This document shows positions 16,337 through 23,196 of a stretch of DNA of 44,018 nt, in pieces. A program made the translations under genes and the position numbers. Within the stretch, counting starts at the first letter, position 1. Every line of letters begins with the position of its first letter. The notes under the pieces are model-generated. The model saw only the letters and a program-made list of their open reading frames with translations, did no database searches and was not told where the DNA came from. The stretch comes from Escherichia phage vB_EcoP_B: the sequence record NC_047806.1; one strand, 5' to 3'.

Positions 16337-18964
16337 TTATGCGAAACAATAGTCTGAAACTAAGATTTCGTTAAGGTCAAACTCCCCTTGCTCTGGTACT
16401 TGGATTCCGGTGTCTACTAACCAACGCTCTTCGTGCACATCTAGCAGGTTTTGCAGGGCATTATGGTTTTGATACATCTTAACCATTTCTTCCCTTAAGC
16501 TATCCCGCAGGTCTGCGGTACGTCCTGCATGAGTACCGAAAGAATCATGGATGACTGCAATGGATGTAATACCTTTATCCACTAGGTCACATACAGTCAG
16601 AATCAGGTGGCTAGCATCGTGACCATGGACGAAGTTAGGAGCAGCCGCACCCATCATTGCCGTTTCATCAACTACATCTGTTTCAATCTGGAGACTCATC
16701 TTGATTTCACCCATCAAGCAAGTGGATACGCGGAGCATATCTGTAGCCATTATCTTTTGTTGCAAGATGAAGCCAGTTGGTAAGGGATATTCTAAGCCTT
16801 CGTTTCTTTTAGCTGCGAAACGTGCAAGCTGACGAATCATTTTCATTGCCACTATAGGAGCTTTAACCACTTCCGAGATAGAAGGCCAGATTAAAGCTGT
16901 CATATAGTTATAAGCTGCGCTAGGTGTCAGGCTGTCTTTACGGTCATTATCAAAAGGGTGTACAGGATTGGCGGTACGCCCTTCCGCAATAGCCCGTTGG
17001 GCCTCTTTTTCTTCTAAATCAACGATATAATCAATCACTGACTCACGGCAGGTTAGACGTGTGCTGCCATAAGGTAGTGTCATTACGGGCTTTTTGGTCA
17101 GGCCGCGAGTGATTCCTATCATATCCCACGCACTAGCCATACTACGCAGTTCCGCACCTGTTAAAGTCACGCTGCCAGAAGTGAAGGTTTCCGCATCCTC
17201 TGCATTCATGTATGCATAATTCTTCTGAATTACTACCTGCGCAACGGCACCATAAATATCTTGAGGAGAGTCAGAGGGCTTAAGGTTTACTGCTTTCGCA
17301 CCTACTGCATCGCGTAGCATAGCACTGTAGTGCTGGATACCAGAACAACTACCATCTTGATGGACTGGGAGGTGCGTCATGAATTGGTCTTGCGTGCCTT
17401 CATCCAGTGCATCCAGATAACGCGCATATTCAAAGCACCATGCAAGGAAGCCGTAAGGGGAGTCGGCATTTACCCATTGAGTGAAGGTCAGCGGATCCGC
17501 TGCAATGTCGCGGCACATGTCTTGAAATTCACCATCCAGCACGTTAGCGGTGCGCACGTCAAAAGTTTTCTTATCCCAACCCCAGTTATTAGCCCCGTTC
17601 ACCAAAAACCACTTAAGCGCCTCAGCGCTATCAAGACGCTGCCCTTCGGTAAAACGGAGCAATGCCTTGCCTAAGTCGTTTGATTGCGGAGAGAGCGTGC
17701 TAGATTGCGCGTAGACGCGGCTGCGGCTGTCCAGAGCATACACGAAGTATATTGCGTCAAATTGGCTGTATTTACGGGCCTGCCCTACCATGCGGACGGT
17801 CGCCGCCGATTTGCTGCCGCGCTTAGTCTCAGCGGTATACAGCTTGGTGCATTCACCTTTCCAGTTGATGAAGGCTTGCCATTGTTCCGGTGTTAACATT
17901 TCTTTCAGTTCACGTCCTCGCAGGTGCTGGAACTCTAACGGCACCGGATTAGCTGGCTTGTTCTCACGGTCGATGAGTGGTTTAAAGGAAGGTACACCAT
18001 AGCCGAGGTCTAGACGTATAACGTCCTCCACAACCTGTAAAACCTCTTTATTAACCTGCCACTTAGTTGCCTGCAAAGCGTTAACAGCCTTATAAACGGC
18101 TGGCATTTGCTTTTTGGTCAGCTTGCGGACGTGCTCACGATTGCCTTTTACCAGACGAATACGGCTTGCTACTTTCTCAGTATGAAACCCACCGTTAAAA
18201 GGTGATACCCAAGGGCGGGGAGGTATAACGCAAGGTGCATAGGCAGGGCTGAGCTGCGCTACATGTTCCTTAAATGCAGTTATCCACTCTCCAACATGTT
18301 CACTGGTCTGTAAATAGTAAACACCATGCTTTCCGCCGTTAGTGCGCAAGGTACGAAGGAAGACAGGTTGACCATTGAAGAATACACTATTCTCCAATAT
18401 TTCGAGCAAGGTCATACCGATTTGCAGCAAGGTGTCTTTAGGCCATGCCTCCCAACGGGAGAAATCCGCGTCACGGTCAGCAACAGATTTCTCAGCTACT
18501 ACCGCTACGTTGTGCGCATGACGATAAGATTTAGTCTTGCTAGCCTTAAGCGACTTCTTCACTTTCTCAAAGTACTTAGCTGCGTGACCTTCCAGCTTGC
18601 TAAAACGTACTTGGTCTTCGATGCGGTCCGCTACATTCATAGCGATGGCTTGTAAGGTAACGTCTGTATTCAGCATGTCCATAACGATTTTCATGGTGAT
18701 ATATGCTGCTACTTCGTTTTCTACGCAGTTAATGAAAGCTAATGCACGCGGTGCGCGGCCTCTTTTACCTTCGTACTCTTCCTTATAAGCCTGAATACCT
18801 TCCGCCATAGGTGCGATTAGTTCGGACAATAAGCGGCGATTCCATGCCGTGTCTGATTCATTACCGGATGCAATCTGGCGTTGTTGGTCCGCTTCAAAGC
18901 GACGGATACCGCCGTTAAACATTTCTTCTTCAAGTTGAAGTTGAATAGCGTGTAGGTCTTGCAT
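16337..18964 (-). CDS. single-subunit DNA-directed RNA polymerase (T7/SP6-like), 875 aa
   Basis: ORF track; [18 protein letters not shown] and C-terminal ...DYCFA match T7 RNAP catalytic and foot motifs; length close to SP6-group RNAP; AGGAG SD. Confidence 0.9.
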   Translation of the reverse strand: MQDLHAIQLQLEEEMFNGGIRRFEADQQRQIASGNESDTAWNRRLLSELIAPMAEGIQAYKEEYEGKRGRAPRALAFINCVENEVAAYITMKIVMDMLNTDVTLQAIAMNVADRIEDQVRFSKLEGHAAKYFEKVKKSLKASKTKSYRHAHNVAVVAEKSVADRDADFSRWEAWPKDTLLQIGMTLLEILENSVFFNGQPVFLRTLRTNGGKHGVYYLQTSEHVGEWITAFKEHVAQLSPAYAPCVIPPRPWVSPFNGGFHTEKVASRIRLVKGNREHVRKLTKKQMPAVYKAVNALQATKWQVNKEVLQVVEDVIRLDLGYGVPSFKPLIDRENKPANPVPLEFQHLRGRELKEMLTPEQWQAFINWKGECTKLYTAETKRGSKSAATVRMVGQARKYSQFDAIYFVYALDSRSRVYAQSSTLSPQSNDLGKALLRFTEGQRLDSAEALKWFLVNGANNWGWDKKTFDVRTANVLDGEFQDMCRDIAADPLTFTQWVNADSPYGFLAWCFEYARYLDALDEGTQDQFMTHLPVHQDGSCSGIQHYSAMLRDAVGAKAVNLKPSDSPQDIYGAVAQVVIQKNYAYMNAEDAETFTSGSVTLTGAELRSMASAWDMIGITRGLTKKPVMTLPYGSTRLTCRESVIDYIVDLEEKEAQRAIAEGRTANPVHPFDNDRKDSLTPSAAYNYMTALIWPSISEVVKAPIVAMKMIRQLARFAAKRNEGLEYPLPTGFILQQKIMATDMLRVSTCLMGEIKMSLQIETDVVDETAMMGAAAPNFVHGHDASHLILTVCDLVDKGITSIAVIHDSFGTHAGRTADLRDSLREEMVKMYQNHNALQNLLDVHEERWLVDTGIQVPEQGEFDLNEILVSDYCFA

Positions 18965-19027
18965 CTTGTTTACTCCTAGTGAAAGAAACCTTAATAGGTG
19001 ACACCTAAGAAGATGCCACCGATAAGG

Positions 19028-19912
19028 TTACTTAGTCAACTCTTCTACTGCCTCAGAGATTAAGGGCCATGCTTCATGGCCTTCACCGTAGCCTAGCTTA
19101 ACCAGTTCGCGGCGTGCCTTGTTAACTGCTGTTTTCTTCGTTGCCTCCTCAGCGCTTAAACCTAAGCGAGCATAGAAGCAGGAAGATTTGAATTGCGGCA
19201 GCATAGGCGCGGCTGCCTTCTTGCTTTCGCGTGCGCTACTTAAGGAGGCGATGCGGTCATTGGCTGCCTGTAATTGCTCAGTCAGTGCTTTAATTTGTGC
19301 CAGCAGACCAGCAATAGCGGCATTCTCAGTATTAGCCGTGTTATCCAGCGGCGCGGCCTTCGGTGCCTCCGGCTTGCTTTCCTCTCCCCATGGTGCTGAT
19401 TCGTCGGCCTCCTGCTCGCTCGCGGGTGGCACTACCTGCGGCGCTTGCATTTCCTGTGATTCTGCGGCCTCAGTCGCGTTCTCCTGCGGTTTTACTGTCT
19501 CAGCCTTAGATTGTACCGTTTCGGCCTTTATCTCTTTCTTAGGCTCAATCAAGGCGTTTACGGAGTTAGTGTCCAGCTTGCCATCTGCGGCGAGTTCTGC
19601 GGCCTTCTCCATGATTATATTTTCATCAGCGAAAGGAACAAGCGCCAGCATTACACGCATAGCCACACCTTTAAAGCGTTCGTCTCCTTTAAAGACACGG
19701 GCTACACTCATCAGCTTGTAGCATTGTGCCTTCTTGATGCCGAACTCTGATTCTACATAAGCTAAAAAGTCTTTTTGACCTTCGAAATCACCGCGTAATT
19801 CATTCAGACAAGCGCCAACTTTGATGTAAGAAGTGCCGATATTGTCTAAGTGCTGCTTGATTTCAGCGGTTGCAGCTTCACGAACAGACAGGAGGATGTT
19901 TTCAGTAGTCAT
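19028..19912 (-). CDS. early protein of unknown function (about 294 aa) with acidic low-complexity linker
   Basis: ORF track 19028..19921 (GTG start) trimmed to ATG with AAGGTG SD. Confidence 0.55.
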   Translation of the reverse strand: MTTENILLSVREAATAEIKQHLDNIGTSYIKVGACLNELRGDFEGQKDFLAYVESEFGIKKAQCYKLMSVARVFKGDERFKGVAMRVMLALVPFADENIIMEKAAELAADGKLDTNSVNALIEPKKEIKAETVQSKAETVKPQENATEAAESQEMQAPQVVPPASEQEADESAPWGEESKPEAPKAAPLDNTANTENAAIAGLLAQIKALTEQLQAANDRIASLSSARESKKAAAPMLPQFKSSCFYARLGLSAEEATKKTAVNKARRELVKLGYGEGHEAWPLISEAVEELTK

Positions 19913-19976
19913 AATAGTCACCTTATATAGTGGTAAGTAAATATCACATAGCCCACACAGGCAGGCTATAGGCTAG

Positions 19977-20204
19977 TTACTTGATGTAATGCCACGTCTC
20001 TATAAATGCATCCTTACTTAATACGCACTCCATGCCTCCCGGTGTAACATATTCTACTAAGCCACCTCTCACACGAAGGTAATTACCGCCTTCCTTTCTT
20101 AGTTTGCGTTTAGCTTTATCGAATAAAAACTCACGGTAAAGGTGATAGGAGCACCAGCTTAAGCCAATAAGAGCAAATGCCATAATGATGCTATCTAAAT
20201 CCAT
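19977..20204 (-). CDS. early small membrane protein (75 aa)
   Basis: ORF track; N-terminal hydrophobic helix IIMAFALIGLSW; AGGAG SD. Confidence 0.5.
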   Translation of the reverse strand: MDLDSIIMAFALIGLSWCSYHLYREFLFDKAKRKLRKEGGNYLRVRGGLVEYVTPGGMECVLSKDAFIETWHYIK

Positions 20205-20269
20205 AGTCTTAACTCCTAGTAAGTGAAAGTTTAATCAGGCGCTACCGTAGCAACGCCTTGTTAAGCCTT

Positions 20270-20290
20270 CTCTTATAGTGTCAGCTAAAT
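20270..20290 (-). promoter_or_regulatory. phage RNAP promoter-like sequence in early region
   Basis: ATTTAGCTGACACTATAAGAG (SP6-like TGACAC, TATAAG instead of TATAGAAG). Confidence 0.4.
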
Positions 20291-20398
20291 AGTTTGTATG
20301 TAGTACCTAGCACTTCCTCACGAATCTGCGCAAATCGTAAGGAACATTTCAGGGTTACACCGTCTGAGAAGATGAAGTTATATTGCCTTTCCATCTTA

Positions 20399-20728
20399 TT
20401 ATTCCTCTTCTCCGCCTTCATACCAAACTACATCGCTGTCATTTGGTACATCATTATAAAGAGCTTCATAGATGCGAGCTTGTAGAATCTTGGTTACATC
20501 CTTCGTATCAGGAATCAAACCAGCATCTTCAAAATCAACATCAATGCCATCAGCAGCCATCACAGTAAAAATCTCACTGTAATAAACTGGCACCATGCTA
20601 TCTACAACCTCATGCAGTGCATCAGAGTAATCATCATCTTCACGAATCTCATCGTACTTGATGCGCTCGTTGAATGCTTCAACAGTTGCAGCCAGAAGGT
20701 TGTAGTAAGCGTTAGCGTTGCGTTCCAT
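20399..20728 (-). CDS. ocr: Ocr-like antirestriction DNA-mimic protein (gp0.3-like), 109 aa
   Basis: ORF track; block ERIKYDEIREDDDYSDALHEVVDSMVPVYYSEIFTVMAADGIDVDFEDAGLIPDTKDVTKILQARIYEAL closely parallels T7 Ocr as remembered; highly acidic. Confidence 0.7.
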   Translation of the reverse strand: MERNANAYYNLLAATVEAFNERIKYDEIREDDDYSDALHEVVDSMVPVYYSEIFTVMAADGIDVDFEDAGLIPDTKDVTKILQARIYEALYNDVPNDSDVVWYEGGEEE

Positions 20729-20818
20729 GATTTAATCCTCATTAGTTAGGTTACATTATAGGACACTCAAAGAATACCCTAGGTTTAACCTATCCAGACT
20801 AAGAAGCGACTACCCATA

Positions 20819-20864
20819 TTGTTAAAGAGCGTGGCTTGTGCCTTGATAGGCTGGCTAGTGCCAG
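20819..20864 (-). promoter_or_regulatory. early-mRNA processing-site candidate (hairpin + GCTCTTTAACAAT)
   Basis: exact 13-mer shared by three early intergenic sites, each next to an inverted repeat. Confidence 0.4.
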
Positions 20865-20872
20865 CAACTATT

Positions 20873-21037
20873 TTATAAGATACTATTCACAAGTTTATCT
20901 ATTTTAGCATTAATTGCAACCACTTTACTATAAAGTTTATCGTGTTTGCTCTTATCTGTGTTAGCTTGCCAAGCGGCATAAGCAACAGCAAGTTTCTCTT
21001 GCAATGCATCATAGCGTTTACGTTGTGCGTTAGTCAT
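20873..21037 (-). CDS. early small protein (54 aa); not in ORF track
   Basis: ATG 21035-21037 with AAGGTG SD; translation MTNAQRKRYDALQEKLAVAYAAWQ... Confidence 0.4.
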   Translation of the reverse strand: MTNAQRKRYDALQEKLAVAYAAWQANTDKSKHDKLYSKVVAINAKIDKLVNSIL

Positions 21038-21082
21038 GATAGTTCACCTTTGTTAGTAAGCCTATCAAGACACAAACCAGAT

Positions 21083-21119
21083 TGTTAAAGAGCGGGATGT
21101 TTAAAGACGTCGCCGTCTT
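21083..21119 (-). promoter_or_regulatory. early-mRNA processing-site candidate (hairpin + GCTCTTTAACAAT)
   Basis: palindrome AAGACGTCGCCGTCTT adjacent to the 13-mer. Confidence 0.4.
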
Positions 21120-21126
21120 GATGCTT

Positions 21127-21155
21127 AATGTAGCCTTGTATGCCGTGGTTGTCAA
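21127..21155 (-). promoter_or_regulatory. candidate host sigma70 early promoter
   Basis: minus strand TTGACA - 17 nt - TACATT, same architecture as 21822-21850. Confidence 0.45.
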
Positions 21156-21163
21156 TAGTTAAT

Positions 21164-21388
21164 TTAGAGATTTGTCGTGATTACTTCATCGTAATCATAA
21201 TCTTCACTGCCTAGATACTCAGTAATGACTTGGTTGTCATACTCAGATACTAAGGTAACTCGGTGATATTCAGTGTCGTAATCTATCAAATAGTGATACA
21301 CATCAACACCTACGCCAGCTTGCATCATATCATCATGGAAGCGGATAGCTTCACTAGCTGATTCGAAGAAAACCTCATGCTGATACAT
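21164..21388 (-). CDS. early very acidic small protein (74 aa)
   Basis: ORF track; 17 Asp/Glu vs 2 Arg/Lys; strong SD AAGGAGG. Confidence 0.5.
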   Translation of the reverse strand: MYQHEVFFESASEAIRFHDDMMQAGVGVDVYHYLIDYDTEYHRVTLVSEYDNQVITEYLGSEDYDYDEVITTNL

Positions 21389-21530
21389 CCTCTTTAACCT
21401 CCTTTAATGTAGAACGTGCATATCTGTTAGCATCGCCGTAAGCGTTAGGCGTGTATTGCGAGGTTTCATGGCCAGCAAACCACGCATCGACTAAGAGTTG
21501 CTTTAGTTGGTCTTCAGTCAACTGAATCAT
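21375..21530 (-). CDS. early small protein (51 aa); not in ORF track
   Basis: ATG 21528-21530 with AAGGAG SD; overlaps both neighbours. Confidence 0.35.
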   Translation of the reverse strand: MIQLTEDQLKQLLVDAWFAGHETSQYTPNAYGDANRYARSTLKEVKEDVSA

Positions 21531-21699
21531 TACTTAACTCCTTCATCAAGTCACGTTTCTTGTTAACTGTATCGGTCCAACTTTCGTTCAGGAAGCGGTG
21601 ATACAGTGCCAACTCGTCATCTGTAAGTAATTCGTTGTTACGAATCATGTAGCATAACAGAGTGAAGAGAACGGACAGTTCACGGTTATTTAATGTCAT
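21514..21699 (-). CDS. first early protein (about 61 aa)
   Basis: ORF track 21514..21741 trimmed to ATG 21697-21699 with GAGGTG SD. Confidence 0.45.
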   Translation of the reverse strand: MTLNNRELSVLFTLLCYMIRNNELLTDDELALYHRFLNESWTDTVNKKRDLMKELSNDSVD

Positions 21700-21758
21700 A
21701 GTTAACACCTCATTCAATAAGTAATTAACCACGGCATACATAGGTTACACTAAGCAAA

Positions 21759-21808
21759 TTGTTAAAGAGCAAGGCAACATAAGTCACCTACCGTTTGGCT
21801 ATGTTGCC
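21759..21808 (-). promoter_or_regulatory. early-mRNA processing-site candidate (hairpin + GCTCTTTAACAAT)
   Basis: inverted repeat GGCAACAT/ATGTTGCC adjacent to the 13-mer. Confidence 0.4.
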
Positions 21809-21821
21809 TCCCGATGGCTGT

Positions 21822-21850
21822 AATGTACTACTAGCTTTTGCCTGTGTCAA
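21822..21850 (-). promoter_or_regulatory. candidate host sigma70 early promoter
   Basis: minus strand TTGACA - 17 nt - TACATT, upstream of first early gene. Confidence 0.5.
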
Positions 21851-21915
21851 CACTAAGTTTCACTAAGATAGACTATTTATGTGATACATGTCACAACTAC
21901 TAAGACAAACCTAGG

Positions 21916-22085
21916 TTGTCTAACGTGTGAGACTAAGGAAAAAAAAAAAAAAAAAAAAGCAATAGATACAGAGCTAGGATAGGCTAGATTGGCTAGGTAT
22001 TCCAAACGTGAAGGGGAGAAAAAGGAAAAAAAAAAAAAAAAAAAAGCAATAGATACAGAGCTAGGATAGGCTAGATTGGCTAGGT
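21916..22085. repeat. tandem direct repeat (two about 87-bp units) each containing an A20 tract; probable genome-terminus / terminal-repeat junction
   Basis: 62-bp exact repeat GG-A20-GCAATAGATACAGAGCTAGGATAGGCTAGATTGGCTAGGT at 21937-21998 and 22024-22085; lies between last late gene and first early gene. Confidence 0.7.
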
Positions 22086-22185
22086 TTCTGGTGTTCCTCC
22101 TACTGCATCTTATCACTATTACCTACTCTCAGCGGTCTACCGACCGCGACCTAATTGCATCTTATAGCTTTAGCTATGCAATCAC

Positions 22186-22320
22186 TAAGGTCTGGCACTA
22201 AGACTAACTAAGGTACACTACTAAGTTGATACTAAGCTAAGCACTAAGGCTTTAACTAAGGCAACCCACTAAGGCTAACCTAAGCCATCCATCAAGGAAT
22301 AACCTAAGGTACACGTGAGC
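22186..22320. repeat. dense array of CTAAG-containing short repeats (11 copies in 135 bp)
   Basis: cactaagg, cactaaga, aactaagg, ... ; further copies scattered 21845-23060. Confidence 0.7.
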
Positions 22321-22847
22321 GAGTGAACGGAGCGCAAGCGGAGTGAGGAGCAGTGAGTGAAGCGTAGCGAAACGAACAGATAGCCCACACCCTCATGCCC
22401 TGTCAAACGCTCAGGAATGGCCCTAAAACGGCCTGTGTAAGCCCTAAGCGGTTGCACTAAGGCAATCACCTTGTCCAATACTAAGGCGCGCCCTAGCGCT
22501 TCCTAGGTGTTCTCCTTGTGCAGCCACTAAGAGCAGACCTCGGCAAGCTCTAGGCCACCCGTCGAGCTTCCTGCGGCAGCAGGTTGAAGACGGACCAGCC
22601 CAGCCCAATTCCCAAGCCAACCGCAGCGCGGCCCCATATGGGGGAAATCCGGCGAGGGCGAGGGCGAGAGAGCTGACACACGCCTATATCAAAATTTTGA
22701 CTTTGGTTACTTTGTGACCACCTTTGGTCTGCCCTTTTGGTTACACTAAGATTATTCCTGCTAAGTACAGGTACACCAGCAGTGGGCCATAGATACATGC
22801 TGTGCATAAGAGGGCTAACAGTAGGTCTTTCATGTTACCTCATTTGA

Positions 22848-23003
22848 TTACACTAAGTCGAATCCATTGGGTTGCTTCAGGTAAGCCTGTACAGTTCCAC
22901 CAAGAACCTTCTGGCTAGCCAGTGCAGACTCTTCAGTGTCATGTATCTTCCTGAGTACCTTACGTTTGAATGGGCCGACTCCATAAGTATGAATCCAAAT
23001 CAT
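22848..23003 (-). CDS. small ORF (51 aa) downstream of tailspike; tentative
   Basis: ATG 23001-23003 with strong SD AAAGGAGG; stop lies in a TTACACTAAG repeat. Confidence 0.3.
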   Translation of the reverse strand: MIWIHTYGVGPFKRKVLRKIHDTEESALASQKVLGGTVQAYLKQPNGFDLV

Positions 23004-23196
23004 CAAACCTCCTTTGGGTTGCACTAAGGGCCAACCTAAGCCAGCCCTTGTGCAGACTAAGTGTTACTGCTTCGCAGACGATGCAGAGGCCTTACTCAAT
23101 ACTCTACGTTGAACATCCTTGGCAATGGCATATGCCTGCTTAGGGTCACGTCCTGATTGAATAAGCTCTTCTGTGTTCTGGAGTACAGCAGCTTGC

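Noticed and set aside
19188-19721. 177-aa plus-strand ORF (Ala/Ser-rich)
   Set aside because: Antisense to the low-complexity linker of the 294-aa early protein; compositional artefact.
21916-22085. Direct repeats as a CRISPR array
   Set aside because: Only two repeat copies, unit dominated by an A20 homopolymer, no spacer-like unique segments of regular length, and no cas genes.
21877-22116. 79-aa minus-strand ORF
   Set aside because: Translation is poly-Phe from the two T20 tracts of the terminal tandem repeat; non-coding repeat region.
22275-22807. Two minus-strand ORFs of 67 and 85 aa in the right-end region
   Set aside because: They lie across the CTAAG repeat arrays and the purine-rich/palindromic block, with no SD and Arg/Pro-rich junk-like translations.
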